Below are positions 1 to 12,653 of a DNA stretch of 64,000 nt, in pieces. Location: assembly GCF_963921235.1 (NCBI RefSeq), contig NC_086097.1:104782001-104846000 (forward strand), written 5' to 3'. The notes beneath the pieces were generated by a model. The model saw only the letters and a list, made by a program, of their open reading frames with translations, did no database searches and was not told where the DNA came from. This DNA comes from Mobula hypostoma. Taxonomy: Eukaryota. A program made the translations under genes and the position numbers. The stretch's first letter is position 1, and the number at the start of each line of letters is the position of its first letter.

Positions 1-329
1 CTGTTGCTATTTTAAAACTTCGTCTAAGTATAGTGTAGTGTCTAACAGTCACAAAAGTGACCACAACAGATGCAGTTAGAAACTGATTGGCAACAATGTC
101 CTGTTCTAATTAAGCGGTATAGTGTCCCAAATACACCAAGGGAATCCTGTTTTTTTTTCCTCAGTTAATATTTGTTATTTAAAAGTTGTCCAAATTATGC
201 AGCTGCTCTGATTAACTGATGGCACAACGAACAGAATTCACTATTTGGAAAGGTAGGGATTGACCATGGACCCTCGGTTAAAGGTAAGGCTCCATGGCAT
301 AAAAAATGTTTGGGAACTAGTCTAGGGAA

Positions 330-560
330 AGTTAGCATGGCTATGTGTGGGAAAGATCCTGTTGTGCTAATTTGATTGAGCTTAGTCAGATATTTGACAA
401 GGTCTTACATGATAAGCTGGTCCAGAAGGCATATGGTATCCAAGGAAAGATGGTTGATTAGATGCAAAGTTGGCTTTGCAATGGATGGCGGCAGGTAGCA
501 GTGGACGACGTTTTACAGATTGGAAGTATGACTAATGATGTACTGCATAGATTAAGAATG
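330..560 (+). mobile_element. Highly degraded CR1 LINE RT fragment
   Basis: Remnants of the CR1 motifs seen intact elsewhere in the window (agcatggct..., tttgacaaggtcttacatg = FDKV.H, ggtatccaagg). Confidence 0.55.
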
Positions 561-863
561 CACATGCTGATGTTTTTTCCCCTGCAGTCAAACGTCCCCC
601 TTATCATTGACCTTTTGTGATCCTTACAGCCTCATTCCACCTCTTTCACTTCTTTGACTGTTCTTTCTATGTATTGAATACCTCATCCTTGGTCACACTT
701 CTGCCATGTCTCAATATATCAGTATGCTTAAATACACTACTATTCATTTGCCTTTTATTCAAATGCAGTGCATTTTGGCACAGGATATTTTTGTAATATT
801 GATGGTCCTCTGTTTATTTTCTGCATTATGGTCCTCTTAATTTTGTTTGCCTTAAGCCATAGA

Positions 864-1063
864 GGGCTGGCTGGTGGTGTAGTGGCATCAGCACTGGACT
901 TGAAGGCAGATGGTTCTGAGTTCAAACCCAGCTGGGTCCCAACCTGGGCAGCGGCAGTATCTGTGCAGAAGAAAGGCTTGGCAATCTACTTCAGTATCTT
1001 GCCATGAAAACCTATGGTCCATGAGGTCACGAAGAGTCGGACTTAACGACTGAACAAAAAAAA
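864..1063 (+). mobile_element. tRNA-derived SINE with RTE/BovB-like 3' tail
   Basis: A-box-like TGGTGTAGTGG (875-885), B-box-like GAGTTCAAACC (918-928), a 3' part ggcaatctacttcagtatcttgcc...ggtccatgaggtcacgaagagtcggacttaacgactgaac resembling the Bov-A/BovB 3' end, then A8. Confidence 0.75.
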
Positions 1064-2145
1064 TGCCCTTCAAATCAACTCTCACCATTCCATCTTAGCT
1101 GATTTATTGTCTTTCTCGTTCCCATTCTCCTTCCTTCTCCCAATAACCTTTGATATTCTTACTAATGAAGTACCTATTTTATTGAGGCTGTGGCCCCTAT
1201 TCCTAGACTTCACCACTATAGAAAACATCCTCTCCACATCCAGCCTATTTAGGCCTTTCAATATTCGATAAGTTTCAGTAAGATCCCCACCTCATTCTTC
1301 TAAATTCCAGCGAGTACAGGCCCAGAGCTATTAAATGTTCCTCAACCCTTTCATTTCCAGGATCATTCTCGTGAACCAGTTCCTTTCCTGTAGTACCATG
1401 GACTCTTATCTTTTTAAGCAGCCTCATGTGTGGCACTCTGAAAATTCAAATAAATAACATCCACTGGCTCTCTGGCTATTTGCCTGTTTCCTTAAGAATT
1501 CAAACAGATTTGTCCAGTAAGATTTTTCATGCTAACTTTGGTCTTTTTTATCATGTGCCTTCAATTACCTCAACCTCATCCTTAATGGATTTCAACATCT
1601 TCCTAGCCACTGAAGTCAGGTTAACTGGCTTATAATTTTCTGTCCTTTGCCTCCCTCCCTTTTTAGACTTCCAACTTGCACCTTGTAAGGCATGAAAATG
1701 CCCAACGCAGGCCTTTCATGGTCTGAGTCGATGTTCCCTCCCTCCCTCCCTTCTTAGAGTGGAGTGACATTTGCAATTTTCCAGCCACTGGAACCGTTCC
1801 AGAGTCCAGTGATTCTTGAAAGATGGCTACCAATGCATCCCAATCTGTTCAGACATCTAGGAATCCATCTGGTCCAGGTGACTTATCTACCTTCAAATCC
1901 TGTAGCTTCCCAAGCACATTTTCCATAGGAATAGCACTTCTGCTCCCTAGTGCTCTCAAATTTCTGACATACTGCTGATTGTCTTCGACAGTAACGACTG
2001 ATGCAAAATACTTATTGAGTTCGTCTGCCTTTTCTTCGTTCACCTCTCCAGTGTCATTTTCCAGCTGTCCAATATCTACTATCAGCTCTCATTTACTCTT
2101 GTATATCTGAAAAAACTCTTGACATTCTGTTTTATTGGCTAGCTC
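1064..2145 (-). mobile_element. Degraded, internally deleted CR1 LINE (ORF2 and 3' end)
   Basis: Minus-strand ORF 1849-2043 (ADELNKYFASV...[11 protein letters not shown]) and CR1 3'-region motifs. Confidence 0.8.
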
Positions 2146-2819
2146 ACGGTCAGTCTGATCCATCACCCTTTTCCGGAAGTTAAATTCTATCCCTTTCTAA
2201 ACTTTTTATTTATTCTGAAGACTTTCTTAACTTCTGCATTTTCCTTTTCTTTTACTTTATTCTCACTTTTCCGAACTACTGAACCTACTATTTAGTTTAA
2301 AGACACTCTTCAACCAGTCCCACTACATACCATGGAGTGTAGCAGTTAGTGTGACGCTATTACAGCTCGGGTCATTGGAGTTTGGCGTCCTCTGAAAGTT
2401 TGTAAGTTCTTTCCCATGTGTGCTTCTTAATTCAACCTCTTGAGCCAGAGCCTGAAACTAGCCACTAACTCCCCATTGACAATGACTGCTCTGCTTAATC
2501 CTAACTTTAATTGAACTTTGCCAAAAGCCTAATAGTTTGAACTGGGTATGTTTGGTATGTTTACCCCAGGCATATTTGTTTCAGATGGATCTTTGTCTGT
2601 GTTGTTGATCATTCATCACCCTGGAATTCATTTTAGATTGTTTGGGAGGTGACAGTATGAATGACTAGAGGAGCAAACTATTTATAGATTGGATGCAGCA
2701 AGTGTTTTCTTTCAATGAGTGAAAACATGGATCAGTGTGTGGACCCAGAGTAGTGTTCTGTTTAAATCAAGAATTGGTTTAGTTATTAACTATTTAACAA
2801 TTTGTCTCAAACCATTTAG

Positions 2820-2930
2820 GAGTTATTGTCATTGGCAAAGAGGAAACGAAGTGAGCCAGAACAACAAGAACAACAGGCAAGCAAGCCATCAGCATCATCA
2901 GATTCAGAAACCTCAGACAGTGGTGATGAG
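2820..2930 (+). CDS. RTF1: RTF1 (Paf1 complex subunit) internal coding exon, equivalent to vertebrate exon 2
   Basis: tttAG|GAG acceptor at 2818-2819 and GAG|GTAAGC donor at 2931. 111 nt encode [37 protein letters not shown], matching recalled vertebrate RTF1 [15 protein letters not shown]...[12 protein letters not shown]. Phase 0/0. Confidence 0.93.
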
Positions 2931-3069
2931 GTAAGCTATGCTAACTGTTAAGATACGAGCCTAATTATCTGCATATATTAGCACATATTTGCTATGAATA
3001 TTTGTGTATATATATTAATGTTTATAGTATGTATAAAAATTAGGGTGTTCATCTAATCTTTTTAAGAAG

Positions 3070-3560
3070 GGCAGCAGTAAGTATTGGTTTATTATGTTAT
3101 GTGTACTGAAATCCAGTGTGGATCATGACATGCATAAACACAAGTGAATATTGCAGAGTAGTGTTGTAGTTGGAGAGAAAACACCATGCAGGTAGACAAA
3201 GACAAAGAGCAGGGTCATGATGAGGTTCAGGCTTTTGTAACTTCTGCCTGATGGGAGGTACGGGGAGAAGGGGAACTGTGGGGTGGGTGAGACCTTTGAT
3301 TATGTTGGCTGCTTTACTAAGACAGTGAGAAGTGCAGCAATTATCTGTGAAGGGAAGTCTAGATTTTGTGATGTTATGGCCTGTGTTCAGAACTCTAATT
3401 CTTGTAGTCTTGGGCAGAGCAGTTGCCCTACCACACCATGATGCATCTGAATAGGATGCTGTCTAAGGTGCATCTTGTAAAAATTGGCTAGGGTCATTGG
3501 GGACATGCTGAATTTCTTTAACTTTCTGAGCAAGTAGAAGTTTGGCCATAGCATCTGTTT
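3070..3560 (-). mobile_element. Degraded Rex1/Babar-type LINE 3' fragment
   Basis: cttctgcctgatgggagg (reverse: LPSGR motif) and layout similar to the clearer copies at 15465, 32650 and 47455. Confidence 0.45.
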
Positions 3561-3802
3561 GGCCACAGAATGAACTAAAGAACTTGCAGTGAGCCTTGTA
3601 TAAATTATGGGGAAGTTACTGGAAGGGATTTTGAGAAACGGGACTTATTTTCAATTGTAAAGGCATTGACTGATATAGGTAATTCTGTCTCCCAAGGTGA
3701 TCATGTGGATTGGCATGGGCAGGACAGTAGCTGTGGTCTATTTGGATTTTAGTAAGGTCCTTTACAAGGTAACCCATGGTAGCCTGGGCTGGAAGGGATC
3801 TA

Positions 3803-4396
3803 TCTTAAAGTGGAATCTGAATAAAACTCGGGAGACCAGCTGCTTATAGTTACCACAGTTTATTGCGCACTCTCCTGCAGGAGTTTGAGACCCAGTTGTC
3901 AAAGGGAAGGCACATAAGTACTGCCACCATTGAACAAGTGGGCCTGCCCCCTGACGTTACAGCCGTATATTTATACATAGTAATACATTACTGTTGCAAG
4001 ATGTTATTTGAACTGGTACTCCAAGTCTGTTGGTGCGAAACTTAGTTACAGATAAGAGAGTCCGCTAGATCATGGTTTAATTACAGATGGATGTGCTGTC
4101 CAGTCCTTATCAGTTATTCCCTTTGCTAGGTCCTGACTTAATTACAGATGGATGTTCATTCTTGTCTTTATCGGTGACCCCTCCTCCCCTAGTCAAACGA
4201 GGGTACAATGTATAATGTTATCAAACTCTCAATGTTTCTCTACAAGCCGGGGAGAACTGTTAATGAGCCTGTCTTAGCTGGCTTCTGAAGGCAGAGTTTA
4301 CTTCAGTTCAAAAATTCCTATTCAGTCCCAATTATTCTTTTAGCCAGAGGTTACATAGGTTCAAAATGATTTTTTTTAAATATCCCCAATTCTTCA
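3803..4396 (-). mobile_element. Solo LTR (ERV-like or Gypsy-like), 594 bp
   Basis: 4-bp TSD TCTA (3799-3802 and 4397-4400). Minus strand starts TGAAGAATTGGGG and ends CTTTAAGA (probably mutated from ...ACA). Minus-strand TATAAA near 3970, AATAAA near 3860, and an internal repeat ttaattacagatggatgt (~4077 and ~4138). Confidence 0.75.
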
Positions 4397-4439
4397 TCTA
4401 AGGTGAGCTAGTCAATTGCATACATTATTGGCATGATGG

Positions 4440-7400
4440 GGGGAAAGCAAAGGTGAGCAGACAGGTAGTGCAGAGCACCCCTGTAGCCATTCCCCTGAAT
4501 AATAAGTTTACCGTCCTGGATACTGTTGGCAGGGACGACCGACCAGGTGTGAGCCATGGTGGCAGGGCCTCCGGCACTGAGTCTGACCCAGTGGTGCAGA
4601 AGCATGGGATGGAGAAGAGGAGAGCTGTCGTCTTTGGAGACTCTATAGTCAGGGGAGCAGACAGGAGATTTTGTGGACGTGAGAAGGACACCCGGAAGGT
4701 TTGTTGCCCCCTGGGTGCCAGGGTCCGGGATGTCTCTGACGGGGTGCGCGACATCCTGGTACGAGAGGGAAAGCAACCAGAAGTCGTGATACATGTTGGG
4801 ACTAACGACATAGGCAGGAAGAGGGATGAGGTCCTGAAGTGTGAGTTTCGGGAACTAGGCAGAAGGCTGAAGAACAGGACCTTAAGGGTGGCATTCCTCA
4901 GAATTGCTGCCATTGCTACGTGACAGTGATGGTAAGAATTGGAGGAGATGACAGTTGAATGTGTGGCTGAGGAGTTGGTGCAGGGAGCAGGGTTTTAGAT
5001 TTTTGGATCATTGGGATCTCTTCTGGGGAAGGTGGGACCTGTACAGATTGGATGGGTTGCACCTGAACTCGTGGGGGAGCAATATCCTTGCAGGTAGGTT
5101 TGCTGGCATGGTTCGGGAGGGTTTAAACTAATTTGCAAGGGGGATGGGACCCAGAGCGATAGAGCAGTGAAGGAAGTGCATGGAGTAAAGCCAGATCTTA
5201 ACATCTAGAGAGGTTTTGAGGAAAGAGAAGCAGAATAAACAGTGTAAAGACAGTAAGGTAGAAGGGCTGAAATGTTTGTACCTCAATGCAAGAAGCATCA
5301 GGAACAAAGGTGATGAACTGAGAGCTTGGATGCATACATGGAATTATGATGTAGTGGCCATTACAGAGACTTGGCTGGCACCAGGGCAGGAATGGATTCT
5401 CAATATTCCTGGATTTCAGTGCTTTAAAAGGGATAGAGAGGGCGGAAAAAGGAGGAGGGGTGGCGTTACTGGTCAGGGATACTATTACAGCTACAGAAAG
5501 GGTAGGTAATGTAGCAGGATCCTCTTTTGAGTCAGTATGGGTGGAAGTCAGGAACAGGAAGGGAGCAGTTACTCTATTGGGGGTATTCTGTAGGCCACGT
5601 GGTAGCAGCAGAGATACAGAGAAGCAGATTGGGAGGCAGATTTTGGAAAGGTGCAAAAATAACAGGGTTGTTTTAGCTTCCCTAATATTAATTGGCACCT
5701 GATTAGTTCCAAGGGTTTAGATGGGGCAGAGTTTGTTAAGTGTGGCCAGGACAGATTCCTGTCACGGTATGTGGACAGGCCGACTAGGGGGAATGCCATA
5801 CTAGATCTAATACTAGGTAATGAACCGGGTCAGGTCACAGATCTCTCAGTGAGTGAGCATGTGGGGGACAGTGACCACCGCTCCCTGGCCTTTAACATTA
5901 TCATGGAAAAGGATAGAATCAGAGAGGACAGGAAAATTTTTAATTGGGGAAGGGCAAATTATGAGGCTATAAGGCTAGAACTTGCGGGTGTGAATTGGGA
6001 TGATGTTTTTGCAGGGAAATGTACTATGGACATGTGGTCAATGTTTAGAAATCTCTTGCAGGATGTTGGGGATAAATTTGTCCCGGTGAGGAAGATAAAG
6101 AATGGTAGGGTGAAGGAACCATGGGTGACAAGTGAGGTGGAAGATCTAGTCAGGTGGAAGAAGGCAGCATACATGAGGTTTAGGAAGCAGGGATCAGATG
6201 GGTCTGTTGAGGAATATAGGGAAGCAAGAAAGGAGCTGAAGAAGGGGCTGAGAAGAGTAAGAAGGGGGCATGAGAAGGCCTTGGTGAGTAGGGTAAAGGA
6301 AAACCCCAAGGCATTCTTCAATTATGTGAAAAAAATGGATGACAGGAGTGAAGGTAGGACCGATTAGATATAATGGTGGGAAGATGTGCCTGGAGGCTGT
6401 GCAAGTGAGCGAGGTCCTCAATGAATACTTCTCTTCGGTGTTCACCAATGAGAGGGAACTTGATGATGGTGAGGACAATATGAGTGAGGTTGATGTTCTG
6501 GAGCATGTTGATATTAAGGGAGAGGAGGTGTTGGAGTTGTTAAAATACATTAGGACGGATTAGTCCCCGAGGCCTGACAGAATATTCCCCAGGCTGCTCC
6601 ACGAGGTGAGGAAAGAGATTGCTGAGCCTCTGGCTAGGATCTTTATGTCCTCATTGTCCACGAGAATGGTACCGGAGGATTGGAGGGAGGTGAATGTTGT
6701 CCCGTTGTTCAAAAAAGGTAGTAAGGATAGTCCGGGTAATTATAGACCAGTGAGCCTTACGCCTGTGGTGGGAAAGCTGTTGGAAAAAGGTTCTTAGAGA
6801 TAGGATCTCTGGGCATTTAGAGATTCATGGCCTGATCGGGGCAGATGAAGGGCAGATCGTGTCTAACAAGCCTGATAGAGTTCTTTGAGGAGGTGACCAG
6901 GCATATAGATGAGGGTAGTGCAGTGGATGTGATCTATATGGATTTTAGCAAGGTTTTTGACAAGGGTCCACACGGTAGGCTTATTCAGAAAGTCAGAAGG
7001 CATGGGATCCAGGGAAATTTGGCCAGGTGGATTCAGAATTGGCTTGCCTGCAGAAGGCAGAGGGTGGTGGTGGAGGGAGTACATTCAGATTGGAGGATTG
7101 TGACTGGTGGTATCCCACAAGGATCTGTTCTGGGATCTCTACTTCTCGTGATTTTTATTAACGACCTGGATGTGGGGGTAGAAGGGTGGGTTGGCAAGTT
7201 TGCAGACAACACAAAGGTTGGTGGTGTTGTAGATAGTGTAGAGGATTGTTGAAGATTGCAGAGAGACATTGATAGGATGCAGAAGTGGGCTGAGAAGTGG
7301 CAGATGGAGTTCAACCCAGAGAAGTGTGAGGTGGTACACTTTGGAAGGACAAACTCCAAGGCAGAGTACAAAGTAAATGGCAGGATACTTGATAATGTGG

Positions 7401-9300
7401 AGGAGCAGAGGGATCTCAGGGTACATATCCACAGATCCCTGAAATTTGCCTCACAGGTGGATAGGGTAGTTAAGAAAGCTTATAGAAACATAGAAAATAG
7501 GTGCAGGAGTAGGCCATTCGGCCCTTCGAGCCTGCACCGCCATTTATTATGATCATGGCTGATCATCCAACTCAGAACCCCGCCCCAGCCTTCCCTCCAT
7601 ACCCCCTGACCCCCATAGCCACAAGGGCCATATCTAACTCCCTCTTAAACATAGCCAATGAACTGGCCTCAACAGTTTGCTGTGGCAGAGAATTCCACAG
7701 ATTCACCACTCTCTGTGTGAAGAAGTTTTTCCTAATCTTGGTCCTAAAAGGCTTCCCTCTATCCTCAAACTGTGACCCCTCGTTCTGGACTTCCCCAACA
7801 TCGGGAACAATCTTCCTGCATCTAGCCTGTCCAATCCCTTTAGGATTTTATATGTTTCAATAAGATCCCCCCTCAATCTTCTAAATTCCAACGAGTACAA
7901 GCCCAGTTCATCCAGTCTTTCTTCATATGAAAGTCCTGCCATCCCAGGAATCAATCTGGTGAACCTTCTTTGTACTCCCTCTATGGCAAAGATGTCTTTC
8001 CTCAGATTAGGGGACCAAAACTGCACACAATACTCCAGGTGTGGTCTCACCAAGGCCTTGTACAACTGCAGTAGTACCTCCCTGCTCCTGTACTCGAATC
8101 CTCTCGCTATAAATGCCAGCATACCATTCGCCTTTTTCACAGCCTGCTGTACCTGCATGCCCACTTTCAATAACTGGTGTATAATGACACCCAGGTCTCG
8201 TTGCACCTCCCCTTTTCCTAATCGGCCACCATTCAGATAATAATGTTTTCCTATTTTTGCCACCAAAGTGGATAACTTCACATTTATCCACATTAAATTG
8301 CATCTGCCATGAGTTTGCCCACTCACCCAACCTATCCAAGTCACCCTGCATCCTCTTAGCATCCTCCTCACTGCTAACACTGCCACCCAGCTTCGTGTCA
8401 TCCGCAAACTTGGAGATGCTGCATTTAATTCCCTCATCCAAGTCATTAATATATATTGTAAACAACTGGGGTCCCAGCACTGAGCCTTGTGGTACCCCAC
8501 TAGTCACCGCCTGCCATTCTGAAAAGGTCCCGTTTATTCCCACTCTTTGCTTCCTGTCTGCTAACCAATTCTCCACCCACACCAATACCTTACCCCCAAT
8601 ACCGTGTGCTTTAAGTTTGCACACTAATCTCCTGTGTGGGACCTTGTCAAAAGCCTTTTGAAAATCCAAATATACCACATCCACTGGTTCTCCCCTATCC
8701 ACTCTACTAGTTACATCCTCAAAAAATTCTAGGAGATTCGTCAGACTTTGGGGTGTTAGCTTTCATAAGTCGAGGAATAGAGTTTAAGAGTCGCGATGTA
8801 ATGATGCAACTCCATAAAACTCTGGTTCAGCCGCACTTGGAGTACTGTGTCCAGTTCTGGTCGCCTCACTATAGGAAAGATGTGGAAGCATTGGAAAGGG
8901 TACAGAGGAGATTTACCAGGATGCTGCCTGGTTTAGAGAGTATACATTATGATCAGAGATTACGGGAGCTGGGGCTTTACTCTTTGGAGAGAAGGAGGAT
9001 GAGAGGAGACATGATAGAGGTGTACAAGATAATAAGAGGAATAGATAGAGTGGATAGCCAGTGCCTCATCCCCAGGGCACCAATGCTCAATAGAAGAGGA
9101 CATGGCTTTAAGGTAAGGGGTGGGAAGTTCAAGGGGGATATTAGAGGAAGGCTTTTTACTCGGAGAGTGGTTGGTGCGACAGGTATATGGAGGAATTTAA
9201 GGTGGGGGCTTATATGGGAGGCAGGGTTTGAGGGTCGGCACAACATTGTGGGCTGAAGGGCCTGTACTGTGCTGTACTTTTCTATGTTCTATGTTCTATG
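4440..9300 (+). mobile_element. Near full-length CR1 LINE: ORF1 SGNH esterase, ORF2 APE endonuclease and RT, frameshifted
   Basis: ORF1 GDSIVRG and VIHVGTND (4453-4923). APE CLYLNARSIRNK, AITETW and [32 protein letters not shown] and KFADNTK. C-terminal RPHLEYCVQFWSP-type motif and a (TTCTATG)n tail ending at 9300. Confidence 0.95.
7483..8747 (-). mobile_element. 5'-truncated CR1 LINE inserted antisense into the CR1 above
   Basis: ORFs 8007-8702 and 7703-8500 ([40 protein letters not shown]). 3' tail at 7483. Host reads aaagcttat|...|ggggtgttagctttc. Confidence 0.93.
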
Positions 9301-11574
9301 GATGGAGATGGAGGTTGGTACTGACAGGTTATTTTTCAGGCTATGGTCTCTGCTGCAGGTATCCAGATCCCTTGTCATTTGGCTTGTCCATTAGTGATTT
9401 GGATTTGAATGTGGATGGTATGGTAATTTCCAACTAGCATCAAAATTGGTGTTACAGTGAACAATGAAGGAATGTATCTTTGATTACAACAGCGAAAGTG
9501 TGCAAAAGAATGCAGGTGAATTTTAACTGTGCCAAGTGATGCATTTTGGGAATTTAACTCAAGGTGGGACATGCAGTGTCTAACAGGACTCTGGGGAGTG
9601 TAGTAGAATCAGAAAGCAAGGGGCACCAATACACAAGTTCCTAGTTATTGTGACAAAGGCTGATGTTATGAAGGAGTATACTTGCATTTGTCTGAGTACA
9701 ACACGGTGGAACAGCTGTCCAAAAGGGTGGAATCGCATTTGGAGTGTTGTGCATTTTTTTGGTGCTTGCATTACTGGAAAGACTTGATTAAGCCAGGACG
9801 GCTGTAGAGAGAGAAAAAAAATCACTATGATGTTGCCTGGACTAGACTACTATTACTACGTCGACTCAGGCCTAGGGGGCCGGCGTTGGGCACGATGACG
9901 GATTCTCCACTTCTCCCTCTCCCTCATCAGTGTGTTCAGTTCATCTACATTAGCCGCGCCGCTGTCTTCTCAGAGCATGTTGACCATAGTTTTGGGAGGG
10001 CGCCCAGGGTTCATCCTCCCGTGCTTGGTCTCCCATATGATGACTAGGCTGGCAGGTAGCTCGGGGTGGCGTAGTCAGTGCCCCGCTAGTTGCAGTCTTC
10101 TCGCCTCAATTTTAGTGGTGAGCATCGATAGGTCGTCATAGAGCTCGACGTTCGTCATGTGCTGTTGCCGACACACATCAAGAGCCATCCGAAGCATTCG
10201 TGTATAGCAACCATCTAGAGACTTTTGCATAGTCTTGGTGAGTGTCCACATCTTGCATCCGTACTTGAGAATGGACTCTACGACTGCTATGAAAATCCTC
10301 TTCTTAAGCCCTCTGGTCAGGTTCGACTTCCAGATTTCCTTCATGTCGTTCATAGCCCTCCACGCCAGCGCCTTCCGTATCTTTATGTCCTTCTTCGAAC
10401 TCATCATTCTTGACCCAAGGTACTTGTCGTCAAAGACATTCTTTACGGTCTTGAGAGTACCTTTGTCGCAGTTAAACGCCATGTACTCTGTCTTTTTAAC
10501 GTTTAGGCGAAGTCCAACTTTATTGCACTCAATTTCCACTTTTGTCAGTAGCGGCTGTGCTGCCTCCATCTGGTCAGAGAGCAGGACTATGTCATCTGCA
10601 AAATCGAGATCTGTGAGTGTAACTGGTCTGACCCTTTTGGTTCGTCCTGGTCTTATGGTAAAGCCAAGCTTGTCATGATCTTTGGTAGCTTGTCGCAGAG
10701 CGTAATCAAGGACAATTATAAAGATGTAGGATGCCAGAGTGTCTCCTTGCAGCACACCAGCTAGGAGCTCGAACACTGCTCTCTCTCCGTCTGGTGATCC
10801 AACTTTTGCTATGGTTTTGGTATAGCTGCTCTCAGTAGATGGTCTGGCACTCTGTAAGCTTTCAGGATCTTCAACATTTTACCTCGGTGAATGGAGTCAA
10901 AAGCTTTGCGAAAATCGATGTAAGTAAGCACGGCTGGTAGGTTGTTCTTCTTGACTTCCTCGATGATCCTGTGGAGAGCAAGTATTTGCATTACTGTTGT
11001 GTGCTTCTGCCGAAAACCATTCTGATTGAATCTTAGCTTAGGGTCAATGGCGGTGCGAATCCTGTTCAAGATCATCTGATTGTATAACTTTGCTAAGATG
11101 CAGGTCGAGCTGATACTGCGGTAGTTATCTGTCTTTGTGAGGGATCCAGACTTGGGGACTAGGATAATGTTTGAGAGTGGCCACTGTTCTGGTTTGTCGC
11201 CTTTCATCAGTGCTGTATTACACATGTCCAGCAAGATGTCGTCCAGGTCACAGTTCTTTAGGACATCTGGTGGTATCCCATCTGGTCTAGCGCTCCTGCC
11301 CTGTTTGAGTGCATATTTGGCCGCTTTCAGTTTCTCAATGGTGAATGGGCTGTCATCGATGTCGACTTGAGTTAGTATCGTGGGTATGTCCTCTTTTGTG
11401 ATCGTTGGAGGGCTTCCCAGCAGGTTCTTAAAGTGGGTAAACCATGCCTGGGCATGGTCCTCTGCTGTTTTACCACTTATTTGACCTGATGGGGACTTCT
11501 TCTGTCTCCTGATCTCATTGACTAGGCGCCATGCTTCTCCATGCAGCATGTCTTCATTGGCAGCCTCTATCTCT

Positions 11575-12428
11575 TGTTACGTACCCCGTAACTGGGTTGC
11601 CAAACCAGCAGAAATGGATCACTCAGTTGGAGTCTGGATTACTAGAACTAAGAAAGTTTTATTAAAGAAACAAGCAACACAGTACTCTAATCAAAAGGAT
11701 AATGAATGCAACAGTTCAGCAATGATAAACATACATGTACACAGAATTCAGATAACAGGATCAATCAAGCGCTATCTTTGTCTAGGGGTAAATGACCAGT
11801 TTCAAAGTGACGCAAAGTTCAGTTCAATTTAGTTCAGTTCAGTTCGCGGTAACTGCTGCCGTGGGAGATGGACAGTGTGGGGGAAGGAGAGAGAGAGAGC
11901 AAAAACGAATGAATATTCAAGGCTTCCACACAGACCTTCGCAGTCAGCTTTCGGGCGAGTCCTTTGTGATGTCATCTGAGGTCACCGACCGTGACCCCTC
12001 CGTTTCCAGATACGATCGTTTCTCTGCAGTGAACCCAGCACCCAGGCAAGGGTGGACACATACCAGGTTCCCGTTGATCGTGCCTTTCCACCCTGTGCGT
12101 CTATGGCCCGGTACTTCCCACCAACTTGTGAGAGACGCACCGCTTCCAGGGTCTCGTTACCTCGTGGTGTTGTGTGTGTCCTGCCTTAGCGAACCTGTCC
12201 CTTTTTATCCCCCTGCTGGGGTATCGCCTGTCCATCACTTCAAACGGTTCAGGGTTCAAAGGGGGAGCCGACCTTGACAGCTCTCCTTCCTTCATTAACA
12301 TCTCCAAATGTTGCTCCATTGTTTTCCTTATCTCTCTCTCTCCTGAAGACAGGTGGCAGACCAACTGCTGATTCCACTGCTGCCAGCCCAGGCCAGCTAC
12401 ATCTTAATCTATGTGTATTCTTGTCACA
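11575..12428 (-). mobile_element. Solo LTR (Gypsy-like), 854 bp, family A copy 1
   Basis: TGT...ACA termini, TSD CTCT (11571-11574 and 12429-12432), minus-strand AATAAA near 11660. Reverse complement of 12654-13531. Confidence 0.92.
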
Positions 12429-12653
12429 CTCTCTAATCCTCTCAGCTCGTTCCTCTTCCTTCAGTCGGTCGTAGGTGGCAGAGATTCTTCTTTGCTGTCT
12501 TGAACTTGACTCTTAGCTCTTCTGTTTCGCTCCTTCTAAGTTCGGCATGACAAGCATTGGCCACACTTCTTGCTGCGATGACGTCAGGATGTTTCGAGAT
12601 CCAGCTCTTCTTGATTCGCTTCACAGTGAGCGTCTATGAGCCGTTGATAGCGG

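Noticed and set aside
95..320. Possible Tigger-like and hAT-like terminal fragments
   Set aside because: Too degraded, with no partner TIR or TSD identifiable in the window.
864..940. tRNA gene
   Set aside because: A and B boxes are present, but I see no convincing acceptor stem and the sequence runs into a LINE-type tail, so it is a SINE head.
2335..2425. Possible V-SINE/HE1-type head fragment
   Set aside because: Short and diverged, with no clear B box or tail.
4453..4923. SGNH esterase ORF as a novel captured enzyme
   Set aside because: An esterase domain in ORF1 is an established feature of CR1 elements, and it also appears at 20548 and 41355-41903.
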